A stretch of DNA of 64,000 nucleotides, taken from positions 1-64,000 of the IMG/VR virus record IMGVR_UViG_3300044970_002549; one strand, 5' to 3'. This document shows positions 9,773 to 18,614 of this stretch, piece by piece. The translations under genes were made by a program, and so were the position numbers. The DNA is from a virus. A model generated the notes under the pieces. The model searched no databases, was not told the origin of the DNA, and worked only from the letters and a program-made list of their open reading frames with translations. The first letter of the stretch is position 1, and each line of letters starts with the position of its first letter.

Positions 9773-10014
9773 TAGTTAAACTTCTTTCGTGACTGGCGCG
9801 ACGGTGTAGCCTGCGTCTTTTGTGGCTCTGGCTGCTCGGCCTCAGTGGCGTGTAGATGGGCATGTAGCAGCGCAATAGCCTGCTGGTCGCTTACCCCCTC
9901 GATCCAACCATGACGTCGTGCCTCGTTGATCTTGACAGTGGCTCCGGATGAGACCAGTACGCCGCCTAGAAAAAAGCCAGCGCCAAAAATTAGAATGCCA
10001 ACTGCAAAATCCAT
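9772..10014 (-). CDS. Small membrane protein
   Basis: N-terminal hydrophobic helix; TAATG coupling with both neighbours. Confidence 0.55.
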   Translation of the reverse strand: MDFAVGILIFGAGFFLGGVLVSSGATVKINEARRHGWIEGVSDQQAIALLHAHLHATEAEQPEPQKTQATPSRQSRKKFN

Positions 10015-10832
10015 TAGTCCTCCGATGCCAGGGCTCGAAGCGCCGGCAGATCATATCGCAGGCTGACTTCAGCACTATGCGATGTAGTCCCGTCAACTTT
10101 TACATAAACCTTGCCTCCGATTGATCGCCAATCGTCGCAGAATGTGTAGTCCTCCCCGATAAACGAATCGTCTCTGCGTCCGTACCGAAAATATTCAACA
10201 GTTCTTTTCTTTTGCTCGTTCACGTATTCATAGTACCACCGGTCGGGAAATTCTTTCTGATATTTCTCAAACACTCGCCTGGCGATAATCATGCATCCAG
10301 TCCCTGCGTGCGTCGCCTCCATGAGCCCCAGCTGCGCATCTTCTTCATTGGGCAGTGGGGCAGTTGCGTCTAGAAGAAAGTTTGGCTGGCCAAGCACTGC
10401 CTCAATTGCTTTTGCCGGAACTCCTGGCTTTGCCCTGGTGAGCCCAACAGCTCTGTCCCAGTCAATGCTCCGCTTGATGCACGGAAGCGCAACGACATCT
10501 TTGTCTGCCGAGAGTGCAGTCATTGCATCCTCCCATCTCACGGAAATGTCGGCGTCAAGAAACAGCATGTGCGTTGCAGTTGACTCCTCCATAAACTTGG
10601 CAACGCAACGATTTCTTGCGGCAACGAGCATCGAGTTGCCGATAACGAACGACCAATTAAATGGTATACCAATCCGTTCGCATGCGCGCTGAATCCCCAA
10701 AAGAGAATTCACATATCCATGATTTACCTTGCCATCGATGATCGGAGTTATCGAAAGTAAAGAGATTGGAGCGACCTGGGGGGTCGCCACTTGATCTTTC
10801 AACATTCGTTTCCGCCTCGCTTTCTTTCCCAT
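10014..10832 (-). CDS. GT-A glycosyltransferase
   Basis: ARNRCV, HMLFLDADI, GTGCMIIAR, IGEDYTFCDDW. Confidence 0.8.
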   Translation of the reverse strand: MGKKARRKRMLKDQVATPQVAPISLLSITPIIDGKVNHGYVNSLLGIQRACERIGIPFNWSFVIGNSMLVAARNRCVAKFMEESTATHMLFLDADISVRWEDAMTALSADKDVVALPCIKRSIDWDRAVGLTRAKPGVPAKAIEAVLGQPNFLLDATAPLPNEEDAQLGLMEATHAGTGCMIIARRVFEKYQKEFPDRWYYEYVNEQKKRTVEYFRYGRRDDSFIGEDYTFCDDWRSIGGKVYVKVDGTTSHSAEVSLRYDLPALRALASED

Positions 10833-11118
10833 GTCTCCCTCCGGTCAGCGCAGCATACAACATTTTTTCAGCGTGCGCGCCCCAATTTTTGGGGAAAGGG
10901 GGGGGAACCTTTAAGGAGGGGGGGGATAGGGGGCTCGGGACTCTGGGGATCTGGGCCAATATCTTGTTCTTAGTAACATATGGGGGCGCTTGGTCAAATC
11001 AGTACATATCCGTGCTTACACCGATGTCGTTTTTGAGGTTGACGCGCGGATTTCGACCTGCTAGGATGCAACTTCCTCTGGGGGGGGTAAGGGCGACGGA
11101 TGAAGGGGTGACGGGCCA

Positions 11119-11466
11119 GTGGATAAAGAATTGAAGGTAACACCGGGCCAGGAACCGGCATGCACGCACAGTGCGGTTCAGGCAATTTACGAAGGAAAGC
11201 CGTATACGTTCGGCCTAAGGCAAAAGCCAGAAGATTGCATGAGCTGCTCGTGGTTTGCGCTGGTTGAAGAAATGCGTCAGTCAAATTCTTGGATGATGGT
11301 GCAAATCATTATCGATCCAGACGAGCGCGGCGAAACAAATTACGTTGCAGAAATGTTTCCAGACGGGCTTAGCTCAATTCGCGGAAACGGTGATAGTCCA
11401 GCTCAAGCAATCCGAGCGTTGATTAACGAGCTTACTGATTTTTGGAAGGATCAGGAGAGCCTATAA
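11119..11466 (+). CDS. Hypothetical protein (HicB-like C-terminal pattern)
   Basis: YVAEMFPDG...GNGDSPAQAIRAL. Confidence 0.5.
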   Translation: MDKELKVTPGQEPACTHSAVQAIYEGKPYTFGLRQKPEDCMSCSWFALVEEMRQSNSWMMVQIIIDPDERGETNYVAEMFPDGLSSIRGNGDSPAQAIRALINELTDFWKDQESL

Positions 11467-11659
11467 ATATATCGGTCTGCTGCGGGATTTTTTCCTGCCA
11501 TGCCCACCCTGAACCTTTGTAGGCAATCTTCGGCGAAGAGAACACCACCCACATTTCGACATTGCACTTTTCGCAGATCACCTTACTGTCGTCCGACATT
11601 GGACGAACGATCTCCTTGACCTGATTGCACTTGTCGCATCGAAAGTCATATGTCGCCAT
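11432..11659 (-). CDS. FmdB-family zinc-ribbon protein
   Basis: MATYDFRCDKC...CEKC...VFSSPKIAYKGSGW. Confidence 0.85.
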   Translation of the reverse strand: MATYDFRCDKCNQVKEIVRPMSDDSKVICEKCNVEMWVVFSSPKIAYKGSGWAWQEKIPQQTDIFIGSPDPSKNQ

Positions 11660-11663
11660 AGTG

Positions 11664-12278
11664 TTATTCCTCCGGAACTTCTATTGTCACCCTCATCACG
11701 CCAAGACCAAGGTCAACACCAAGGGCTTCCCATACCTCTGGGGCCAGGTCTACCAGTCTTGTGTCGTCATCGTCTGATGCTCGACCTTGGCATCCACACC
11801 AATCAGTGACGACAATCATAACTGATTTACCGCTTAGCTTAGAAGTAATTAGTAATTTCGGGCGCGCCTTATTCTTAGCCATCTTTGTCCATGTCGTGAC
11901 GCCCCACTTGATGTCCTTGCCGGCAAGCTGTTCGATCATAGCCCTGAGCTTTGGCCCTGCCGCTGCGTAGAAGACGACTCTGCTCCCGTATTCTGTTTTC
12001 CTCGTGTACCAGGCTCCGTTTTCCTTGGCGTTGTACCAGGTTGCCAAGCCGCGAATTTTAAGCGGCAGCGGCTTAGAGGCTGCAGGGAGCCACCACGAGT
12101 CTCTTTCAGACGCCGGGGCGGCGTGGTACTGCTCTTTGACGGCCGTATTGACCGTAATAGCCGGGAAGACGAGCGCAAGGGACACGGCTAACGCAACTGC
12201 AGTCGTCCAGAGTCTTTCGTAAGCTGGTGTTGCCGGTCGCTTCATCGCTACCTCCGCCGACACCATACCTAACGTCAT
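11664..12278 (-). CDS. RlpA/expansin-like double-psi-beta-barrel protein with signal anchor (candidate lytic transglycosylase)
   Basis: GLATWY, YAAA, VVTDWCGC, RLVDLAPEVWEALG...VTIE; hydrophobic N-terminal segment. Confidence 0.7.
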   Translation of the reverse strand: MTLGMVSAEVAMKRPATPAYERLWTTAVALAVSLALVFPAITVNTAVKEQYHAAPASERDSWWLPAASKPLPLKIRGLATWYNAKENGAWYTRKTEYGSRVVFYAAAGPKLRAMIEQLAGKDIKWGVTTWTKMAKNKARPKLLITSKLSGKSVMIVVTDWCGCQGRASDDDDTRLVDLAPEVWEALGVDLGLGVMRVTIEVPEE

Positions 12279-12282
12279 AATA

Positions 12283-12606
12283 TTAGTCTATACTATTACT
12301 ATTTGATGTTGACTCATATGCAGCGCCGGCATGGCTTTTTTGAGCTCGGACTTGATTGTATTTGACAACCTCAAAAGTCGCCACTGAAATCGCGTCGTAC
12401 AGAGATTCTGCCTTCCCGTACGCAACGGATACAAACTTATTATCAGGGTCCTTGATCTTGTTAGGGTTGATAATCACGCTGACGCCCCAGTGGTCTGCAC
12501 TGCGTTCAATAAGCCAAATGTGCTGGTCTTTGACGAGCGAGGCCTGCAATCGCGCCAAGGCATTGTCTATTGACTTATTCTTTTCTTGTTTAAACTTATA
12601 CGCCAT
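12283..12606 (-). CDS. Hypothetical protein
   Basis: AAAGGAGGGG RBS before the ATG at 12606. Confidence 0.55.
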   Translation of the reverse strand: MAYKFKQEKNKSIDNALARLQASLVKDQHIWLIERSADHWGVSVIINPNKIKDPDNKFVSVAYGKAESLYDAISVATFEVVKYNQVRAQKSHAGAAYESTSNSNSID

Positions 12607-12719
12607 AACCCCTCCTTTGAGCTCAAAATCCGCTGCCCGGTTGTATGTTAGGTCAGTTTGGGCTAACCTAGGCCCAAGGCGAGCATACCACATGCCAACC
12701 GATCCTGCCAGGAGGTTTC

Positions 12720-13175
12720 ATGGATATAAAGATGGAGTCAATAGATAGCCTTGCTCACCATCCTGAGAACCCTCGGGAGGGTGATGTTGGGGCAATCGTG
12801 ACGAGCATCAAGAAGAATGGCTGGTTCGGAGTTGTTGTTGCTCAAAAATCAAGTGGATACATCCTTGCCGGAAATCATCGAGTGCAAGCCGCAAAGATTT
12901 GCGGGATCAAAGAAGTTCCGGTGTATTGGGTTGACTGCGACAACGAGCGCGCTAGGGCAATCTTGCTGGCTGACAATAAGACGGCAGACCTGGCCAGCTG
13001 GAACGATCACACGCTTCTCGAGCTGCTTCAGGAAGCAGACGCAAATGACTACCTTCTCGATACTGCATTCGATCAGGACGATATTCAGAAGCTGCTGCAA
13101 AAGCTAAATGCAAACGAGGGTGATGATGGAGACACGTGCCCAACGTGCGGTTCAAAGCGAAAGAAGGGGAAGTGA
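12720..13175 (+). CDS. ParB/Sulfiredoxin N-terminal-domain protein with C-terminal zinc ribbon
   Basis: HPENPREGDV..IVTSIKKNGW, ILAGNHRVQAA, LADNK, CPTCG; AGGAGG RBS. Confidence 0.85.
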   Translation: MDIKMESIDSLAHHPENPREGDVGAIVTSIKKNGWFGVVVAQKSSGYILAGNHRVQAAKICGIKEVPVYWVDCDNERARAILLADNKTADLASWNDHTLLELLQEADANDYLLDTAFDQDDIQKLLQKLNANEGDDGDTCPTCGSKRKKGK

Positions 13176-13651
13176 TGCGTTGGTACAATGATCTCCCGTT
13201 CGAGCTGGTTGCGCCAATCGACATGCCAAAGTCTTCGCTTTCCCCTTGGAGGCGCTCGTTGCAGTTGATTGCTAGGTGCAAAAAGGAATTTAACATTAAG
13301 GTGAAGGTTGTCAGGATTCATCACCATGAGCCGGAGAGGACCAGGTACGGCCATTATCACCCGATGGGATACACATACTCAGACGAGGCCGAGATGGTGC
13401 TCTGTGCCAAGGATATAGACACTGCGCTGCACGAGATGGCCCACATATGGGCTAATGAGAACCACACGCCAAAGTGGGCAGCAAAATACATCAGGCTGGC
13501 ACAGGAGTATATGGACCCAAAAGAGCTTGACGCCGCCATTCGTCACTCGGCTAGCAACTATCGCTGCGTAAGGGAGCGAGCAAAGCGCATGGGAATCATT
13601 AGGCCAAAGAGAAAAAAGGCAAAGAAGCTTTTCTGCCCAGGGAGGACTTGA
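13172..13651 (+). CDS. Zincin metallopeptidase-like protein
   Basis: TALHEMAHIW...HTPKW (HExxH plus downstream H). Confidence 0.65.
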   Translation: MMRWYNDLPFELVAPIDMPKSSLSPWRRSLQLIARCKKEFNIKVKVVRIHHHEPERTRYGHYHPMGYTYSDEAEMVLCAKDIDTALHEMAHIWANENHTPKWAAKYIRLAQEYMDPKELDAAIRHSASNYRCVRERAKRMGIIRPKRKKAKKLFCPGRT

Positions 13652-13725
13652 TGGCAGACGCGCTTTTATGGATCTTTATATGCTACGCCGTACTCGTTGT
13701 AGGTTTTATCATTGGAACCGAAGAC

Positions 13726-13802
13726 TGGTAGGGGGACCTGGACTCGAACCAGGGACCGCCGAGATATAAGCTCGGTGCTCTAACCGACTGAGCTATCCCC
13801 CC
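13726..13802 (-). tRNA. tRNA-Ile(UAU), CCA encoded
   Basis: GGGGGGATAGCTCAGTCGGTTAGAGCA-CCGAG-CTTATAT-CTCGG-CGGTC-CCTGG-TTCGAGT-CCAGG-TCCCCCT-ACCA; complete cloverleaf, anticodon TAT, discriminator A73. Confidence 0.92.
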
Positions 13803-14203
13803 GATCATTTGACCGGTTAATGACGGCCTCAATACACGAAGAGCAAATAAACTTTAACTCTGTCGTCATGTGGCCGTAGTCCCAGACCCTAGCGATTAGA
13901 TTGCAGTGCGAGCAAATTCCAAGATTTCCTTCTGGAAGCCTTGCAAGCTTGCGCAATTAATTATCTTCCGCGCCTGGTTGTGTCTTTTGTCCCAATGGTG
14001 CGGCGTTCTTTTGCGAAAGCCGTTCGGTTCTTGCTGCTGTGAGCGCGACGGTACTCTGCAATTCCGGTAAAGATAATGGCGAGGATTGCAATTCCTACGA
14101 AAATGAGACCCATAGGTCCTCCTTCTATATCAAGCCTACTGCCGAGGCCAGTACCCAGAGTATACCACCAATAACCGTCGTAATGATCAGGTCCATGGCT
14201 GTG

Positions 14204-14407
14204 CTACTCATCGTCACATCCACCGCTGCACCATTCCCCGCCACATCCCGGACATAGCCCAGCTTCTTTTGCAGACTGTTGCAATTCATAGACATGATTC
14301 TTTACGCTGTCAAGAAACCCATTGCAGCACTCACACATAGAATATTGTGTTCCGTATGAGCTTTGCTCACAATCAACGTGGATATGGCCTTCAATGTGGT
14401 TATGCAT
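14204..14407 (-). CDS. Small Cys-rich hypothetical protein
   Basis: CECC and CPGC..C; overlapping operon. Confidence 0.5.
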   Translation of the reverse strand: MHNHIEGHIHVDCEQSSYGTQYSMCECCNGFLDSVKNHVYELQQSAKEAGLCPGCGGEWCSGGCDDE

Positions 14408-14732
14408 CTTTCTTTACCACCCTTGCTGCCCTCACTGAAACCCACTGCGTTACCTGTTGCCGTTCCTCCAGCAGCTCAATCACGCCAGACTCTACAAGTT
14501 CCTTTACGAAGTGCTCGTTCTCCGACCACGCCTTTAGCCAGAATGAGTCTTTTGGCGGCTGCTGCTCAATAGAAACGCTTAGCCGGGTAAACGGCTCGTA
14601 GGTTTTACTTACAATTGCTTGACATTGATTGCCAAACTGAAAGACTTCGATTTGTTCTCCTTGATAGTCCACCGTAACTCGAGCTTCATACTGGGGCCCC
14701 ATATCTCTAATCCTTTCTAGAATTCCAATCAT
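14400..14732 (-). CDS. Hypothetical protein (DUF4313-like pattern)
   Basis: EPFTRLSV...FWLKAWSENEHFVKELVESGVIE. Confidence 0.5.
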   Translation of the reverse strand: MIGILERIRDMGPQYEARVTVDYQGEQIEVFQFGNQCQAIVSKTYEPFTRLSVSIEQQPPKDSFWLKAWSENEHFVKELVESGVIELLEERQQVTQWVSVRAARVVKKDA

Positions 14733-15013
14733 ACGTGTTCGTGCTCGCAGCAATTGCCCTCTGAGCAGCCAACGCAGGCACAGACATCACATGGGCTCCA
14801 TGCGTATTCGCTTATGGCCCTATGCGGCTGCTGCTCTAGGGCGTACTTGAGGGTATCTCGCATCTCTTGGTGGCGAGACTGAAAGCAAAGGGTGCCCTCT
14901 GCATTGCCGCACTCGCATTCTGCGACCATAGAAAAGAAATAAGCAGACTTTGCGTCAAGAAGGCCGACGGTGTACTTGGCGTATGCCTGCTCCAAAGAGA
15001 GCTCTTTTTCCAT
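14729..15013 (-). CDS. Cys-rich hypothetical protein
   Basis: Coupled operon; CDVCACVGC. Confidence 0.5.
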   Translation of the reverse strand: MEKELSLEQAYAKYTVGLLDAKSAYFFSMVAECECGNAEGTLCFQSRHQEMRDTLKYALEQQPHRAISEYAWSPCDVCACVGCSEGNCCEHEHV

Positions 15014-15204
15014 TACACGATTCTCCCAACCATCTCATGATTCCATTTGTCCGCGCACAGCGTGCACTCATACTCCGTATCATTGCTATATCTCCTGAGC
15101 TGCAGGTAGCACCTGATGCATACCGACCTTTGGCATGTGCCGCACCATACGATCCGTACCCCCTCTTCCACGCAGCCGCAAGAGCAGTACCGATAGTCCG
15201 TCAT
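15013..15204 (-). CDS. Small zinc-finger protein
   Basis: Four CxxC/CxC pairs; GGGAGA RBS. Confidence 0.55.
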   Translation of the reverse strand: MTDYRYCSCGCVEEGVRIVWCGTCQRSVCIRCYLQLRRYSNDTEYECTLCADKWNHEMVGRIV

Positions 15205-15223
15205 TGTTAATTGTTCTCCCTTT

Positions 15224-15637
15224 CTACAGCGATGTCAAATGCGCGCTGGTATAGGCAGGCAAGTCGCCAACCTCGGGCTCAACATTAGTTTCGTGCCACG
15301 TCCAGTTCATTGCGCCGATATCGTATCGGTTGCAGCACGAAGTAGCTGAAATCTTAAGAGGGGCATCCCCAACCACCCTCCCCCCACCCATCATCACGAT
15401 CTCCCGCGTTGCTGGATCAAATGAGGCAACTTCTACGCCATCCACGCCGTACTCGGCTGCCAGGGTGTGAGTGTCGGCACAGACCCTTAGCGCGGTGGCC
15501 AGGTCGAACGCTGGACATGCCCAGCCGTTCCACCTATATGTTGTTAGGACTCGTGCCGGATATGCCGACATGATGTCGCCGTCAATGTGCACAATCGCTG
15601 CCGTGCTTGTTGCTGGATCGCAGTACCTGCACTTCAT
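15224..15637 (-). CDS. Hypothetical protein
   Basis: RWNGWACPAF...YDIGAMNWTW; AGGAAGAG RBS. Confidence 0.6.
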   Translation of the reverse strand: MKCRYCDPATSTAAIVHIDGDIMSAYPARVLTTYRWNGWACPAFDLATALRVCADTHTLAAEYGVDGVEVASFDPATREIVMMGGGRVVGDAPLKISATSCCNRYDIGAMNWTWHETNVEPEVGDLPAYTSAHLTSL

Positions 15638-15821
15638 CTCTTCCTACTCCTTTACTTCACTATCTTCTTCTGGCAGCAACCCGCCAGACGGTACGCTAAA
15701 CCGATACGCCGTCTTGCTGCGAGGCTTATGCTCGGCTCGACACTCTTCACAGACCATGCCGCCAAGCGGATGCCAAACAAGCTCGCCATGCCGAACGTTA
15801 TTCGGGCAGGTGGCTCGACGA

Positions 15822-16049
15822 TCAGTTCCGCGTTTCTTTCTCATACTTCTCCATCTCTTCAATGATGCCGTCAATCATTCGGTCTCCGGCTTCACGTGCC
15901 TCGGCGGCAATCTCCTGATACGAGCTGTCAATGAAGTGCTCTGCCTGAGCTGGCGTCCAATCAGGCCTGCGCCTCAGAATGTCAGCAGATGTCCACTTTA
16001 CGACAACGGAGATAATTTGAAACTCTTCCTGTACCTCCTCGTTTGACAT
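15822..16049 (-). CDS. Hypothetical protein
   Basis: VKWTSADILRRRPDWTPAQA; acidic. Confidence 0.55.
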   Translation of the reverse strand: MSNEEVQEEFQIISVVVKWTSADILRRRPDWTPAQAEHFIDSSYQEIAAEAREAGDRMIDGIIEEMEKYEKETRN

Positions 16050-16057
16050 TTCTGGGC

Positions 16058-16315
16058 TCATTGGAAGTCCTGCCAGAATTTCCGGCAAGAGTCTGCCAAT
16101 CCACATGTACCAGCATCATGCTGCACTGGGGTGGACACCCAGCTACCACAATCCTCGCACGACTCACCGCACTCAGACATATCGTCCGTTGTGAAGATCG
16201 GCATGACCTGATTGTCCTCCCGGTCGCGTACCTTCTCGTCAAGCTTTTTGAACCGGACCTGTGCGCACGATACGCAGTGGATTCCTGCTTCGTAGGTGTA
16301 CCCGATAATTTCCAT
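16058..16315 (-). CDS. Cys-rich hypothetical protein
   Basis: YTYEAGIHCVSCA...CEDCG. Confidence 0.55.
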   Translation of the reverse strand: MEIIGYTYEAGIHCVSCAQVRFKKLDEKVRDREDNQVMPIFTTDDMSECGESCEDCGSWVSTPVQHDAGTCGLADSCRKFWQDFQ

Positions 16316-16379
16316 TACTACCCCCTACTATGTGCGGGACATTCCCGCCAATGCAGCATACGATGCTCGTATGAGATTG

Positions 16380-16712
16380 TCAACCGACTTTCTCTGCGAC
16401 CTGCATCTGCCTAATCTGCTCCCTCTTAAAAGGGATTTGATAGTGCTCTTCGGTGTATGGCTCGTGACGGCCCGCAAGGTACGCCCGCATCCCATTAGCC
16501 AACTCTTTCTTACTGGTATAGCCAAGATGCGGGAGGACGTCCCTCACCCCACCCCCCTCGGTAATAATCTGAACAAGCTTCTGGCCGCCATACGCGCCCA
16601 TCAGGTAGTAGGTCCCAAGTTCTGGATATACCCGACGGAGGTCTGGGTCACCAGTATGATTAAGCAACCTGATAAGCTGGTCAAGTTCTTCCTTCTTAAC
16701 GGTTGTTGCCAT
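16380..16712 (-). CDS. Hypothetical protein
   Basis: AAGGAG RBS; GAYGGQKLVQI..EGGGVRD..GYTSKKEL. Confidence 0.6.
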   Translation of the reverse strand: MATTVKKEELDQLIRLLNHTGDPDLRRVYPELGTYYLMGAYGGQKLVQIITEGGGVRDVLPHLGYTSKKELANGMRAYLAGRHEPYTEEHYQIPFKREQIRQMQVAEKVG

Positions 16713-16846
16713 TGAGATACTCCTTCTCTCTTTGTGCCACACATGCGTCACATAGGGGCACGGCCTTATGGTCATCCCCCACCCATACGGCACGGGCTGC
16801 ATCGGGGCAGTCGGTGCACGGCTTCACCGTCTCGGGCGGGGTATCT

Positions 16847-17056
16847 TTACGCAGAACGAGCGGCGGCATCTTCGGCCCTCCTGCGCTTTTCATATTCGAG
16901 CTTTCTGTTTCTCTGCTCTGGCGTCAGAGGCTTTCTCGGGGATCGAGAGTCAATCTCGCACGCAATGCACTTGAGGCTCCCGTCCGTCCGGTAAAACTCT
17001 TGGTCTGACGGCCAGCTTTTCTGGCAGACCCTACATACCTTCCTTGCCATATACAC
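16847..17056 (-). CDS. Small zinc-finger, basic protein
   Basis: CRVC...EFY...CIACE. Confidence 0.55.
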   Translation of the reverse strand: MYMARKVCRVCQKSWPSDQEFYRTDGSLKCIACEIDSRSPRKPLTPEQRNRKLEYEKRRRAEDAAARSA

Positions 17057-17132
17057 TCCTTCCTTGGTGCAGGGTAGCGGAGTACCGCCAGCTACCCTGC
17101 GGAGATGATATTAGGCCATAAGAATCATGCTG

Positions 17133-17774
17133 TCAATCTTTGGCTTGCGGCTCGTAGTTCCAGGCATCCTCATCTCCAAGCTTCCACCTTCCCGCCTCAA
17201 CGGAAAATTCCTTGGTGCTCACCTTGAAGTCGGGCATCTTCGGATTCTTTGCCACCAGTGCCTCATCCTCCCAGAGAACGCGGTTATTCGGTTGGGCTCC
17301 AAACTGACCATTGTCCAATCTAATAAAGTTGTATGACTTATGCTCTGCAGGCAAGCGCGCCCAGTTCGCATCAATCTCATTCGGGTCGCTATGCACCATG
17401 TCTACGGTAAATAGGTAGTGGCCATGATTCCACTTTCCGGACTGGGTTCTAAACTTACAACGCATGCCCTTCAGTACTGCCTTCTCAATTACTGCAAGCT
17501 GAGTAGAGTTCGCATCCCAGAGCTGCAAGTCTCCAAGGGGCAGGTCAGGGCTAGGGGTCTCCGGCCTCCACACATAGGCGCTGATAGGTAGCTTGTCGTA
17601 GAGCGCACCGTACTCTGGTAGGAACGCCTCAATGTAGAGGGCGCGATGGCGGATTGCCTTGACCGTAACCCAGTAGGCAGGAGTAAACTCCCCGTGCCCA
17701 TCCTGCAAGTCCCGCAGGTACTCCTTGCGTACATAGCAGGAGATCGGCGGAATGTTGGCGATTGCATAAGACAT
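17133..17774 (-). CDS. Conserved phage hypothetical protein
   Basis: ANIPP..CYVRKEYL, GALYDKLPISA, LQLWD, YLFTVD, EHKS, LDNGQFGAQPNNR; family recognised from aquatic phages, function unknown. Confidence 0.7.
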   Translation of the reverse strand: MSYAIANIPPISCYVRKEYLRDLQDGHGEFTPAYWVTVKAIRHRALYIEAFLPEYGALYDKLPISAYVWRPETPSPDLPLGDLQLWDANSTQLAVIEKAVLKGMRCKFRTQSGKWNHGHYLFTVDMVHSDPNEIDANWARLPAEHKSYNFIRLDNGQFGAQPNNRVLWEDEALVAKNPKMPDFKVSTKEFSVEAGRWKLGDEDAWNYEPQAKD

Positions 17775-18295
17775 GACTCACCCCTTTCGTGCTGAAGATT
17801 ACCATAAACTATCCCGCCAGGAAGCCTCGGGCTCGGCCCGAAGACTCGTGAGAGGCTGAGTCGTGAGACGAGGGTTCCGGTGCCGTGAGGCAGGCGCCGT
17901 ACAAGCACCCTAGAGAAAGAAAGAAACCAAGAGAGAGCAGTAGAGACCAATACATTCGATCATGGGTGGCTCATGTCTGCGTTGGGGACGTGCTTACTCT
18001 TTCTTCTTTTTTCTATTTCTCTCTGCCTCTATCCATCCTTCTGTCACCTCCGGGCGTGACCCCGGGGATATGACCAGCTATGACCAGCGGTGGTTATTTC
18101 TTTTGCTTATTATCGTATGGGAGGGAAATGTGTTAAGGGATCGTAAAAGATGATACTGGGGTGGTGGTTTTTTTGATGGTCGGACGCTTGACGGACACGG
18201 ACACCGTTTTAACCTCACCTCAAAACCCATCAATACCCACATATCCACACTTCTCTGAGTTTGTTAAGAAATCACCACAACCCCTAAAAACCCCA

Positions 18296-18435
18296 GTTAT
18301 TCGAGTTATTCATCCCAGTTATTCCGGCCAGTTATTCAAGGGTTATTACGATGTTATTAAGGCTCCTTAACATGGCACTGTCCGTGCGCACAGACACCCC
18401 CTACCCTAACCCCCCTCCCCCTGCCATACCCCGGG
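18296..18435 (+). repeat. Six GTTATT direct repeats followed by C-tracts
   Basis: GTTATT at 18296, 18305, 18318, 18331, 18342, 18353; then CCCCCTACCCTAACCCCCCTCCCCC. Confidence 0.8.
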
Positions 18436-18450
18436 GGAGTATGTGGCCAC

Positions 18451-18479
18451 TTGACGATGTGATACCTAGGCCTTATGGT
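18451..18479 (+). promoter_or_regulatory. Sigma70-type early promoter
   Basis: TTGACG-17-TATGGT, then leader hairpin GCGCCACTTGGCGT and TAGTAGGAGG RBS. Confidence 0.65.
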
Positions 18480-18517
18480 GGTGCTGCGCCACTTGGCGTG
18501 TAGTAGTAGGAGGGCGT

Positions 18518-18613
18518 ATGACCCAATGCGTAGAGTGCGGAAGGGTGTTCGACCTAGCTAATGATGCCGATGCGAGCGAATGGTTCGCCGGCCATGATTG
18601 CGAGGTGGAGTAG
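18518..18613 (+). CDS. 31-aa Cys/His microprotein
   Basis: Strong RBS; MTQCVECGRVFDL..EWFAGHDCEVE; below the ORF-track cutoff. Confidence 0.55.
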   Translation: MTQCVECGRVFDLANDADASEWFAGHDCEVE

Positions 18614-18614
18614 T

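Noticed and set aside
17489-18370. ORFs spanning the 17.8-18.4 kb gap
   Set aside because: Low-complexity translations with no RBS or motifs; better explained as a control region.
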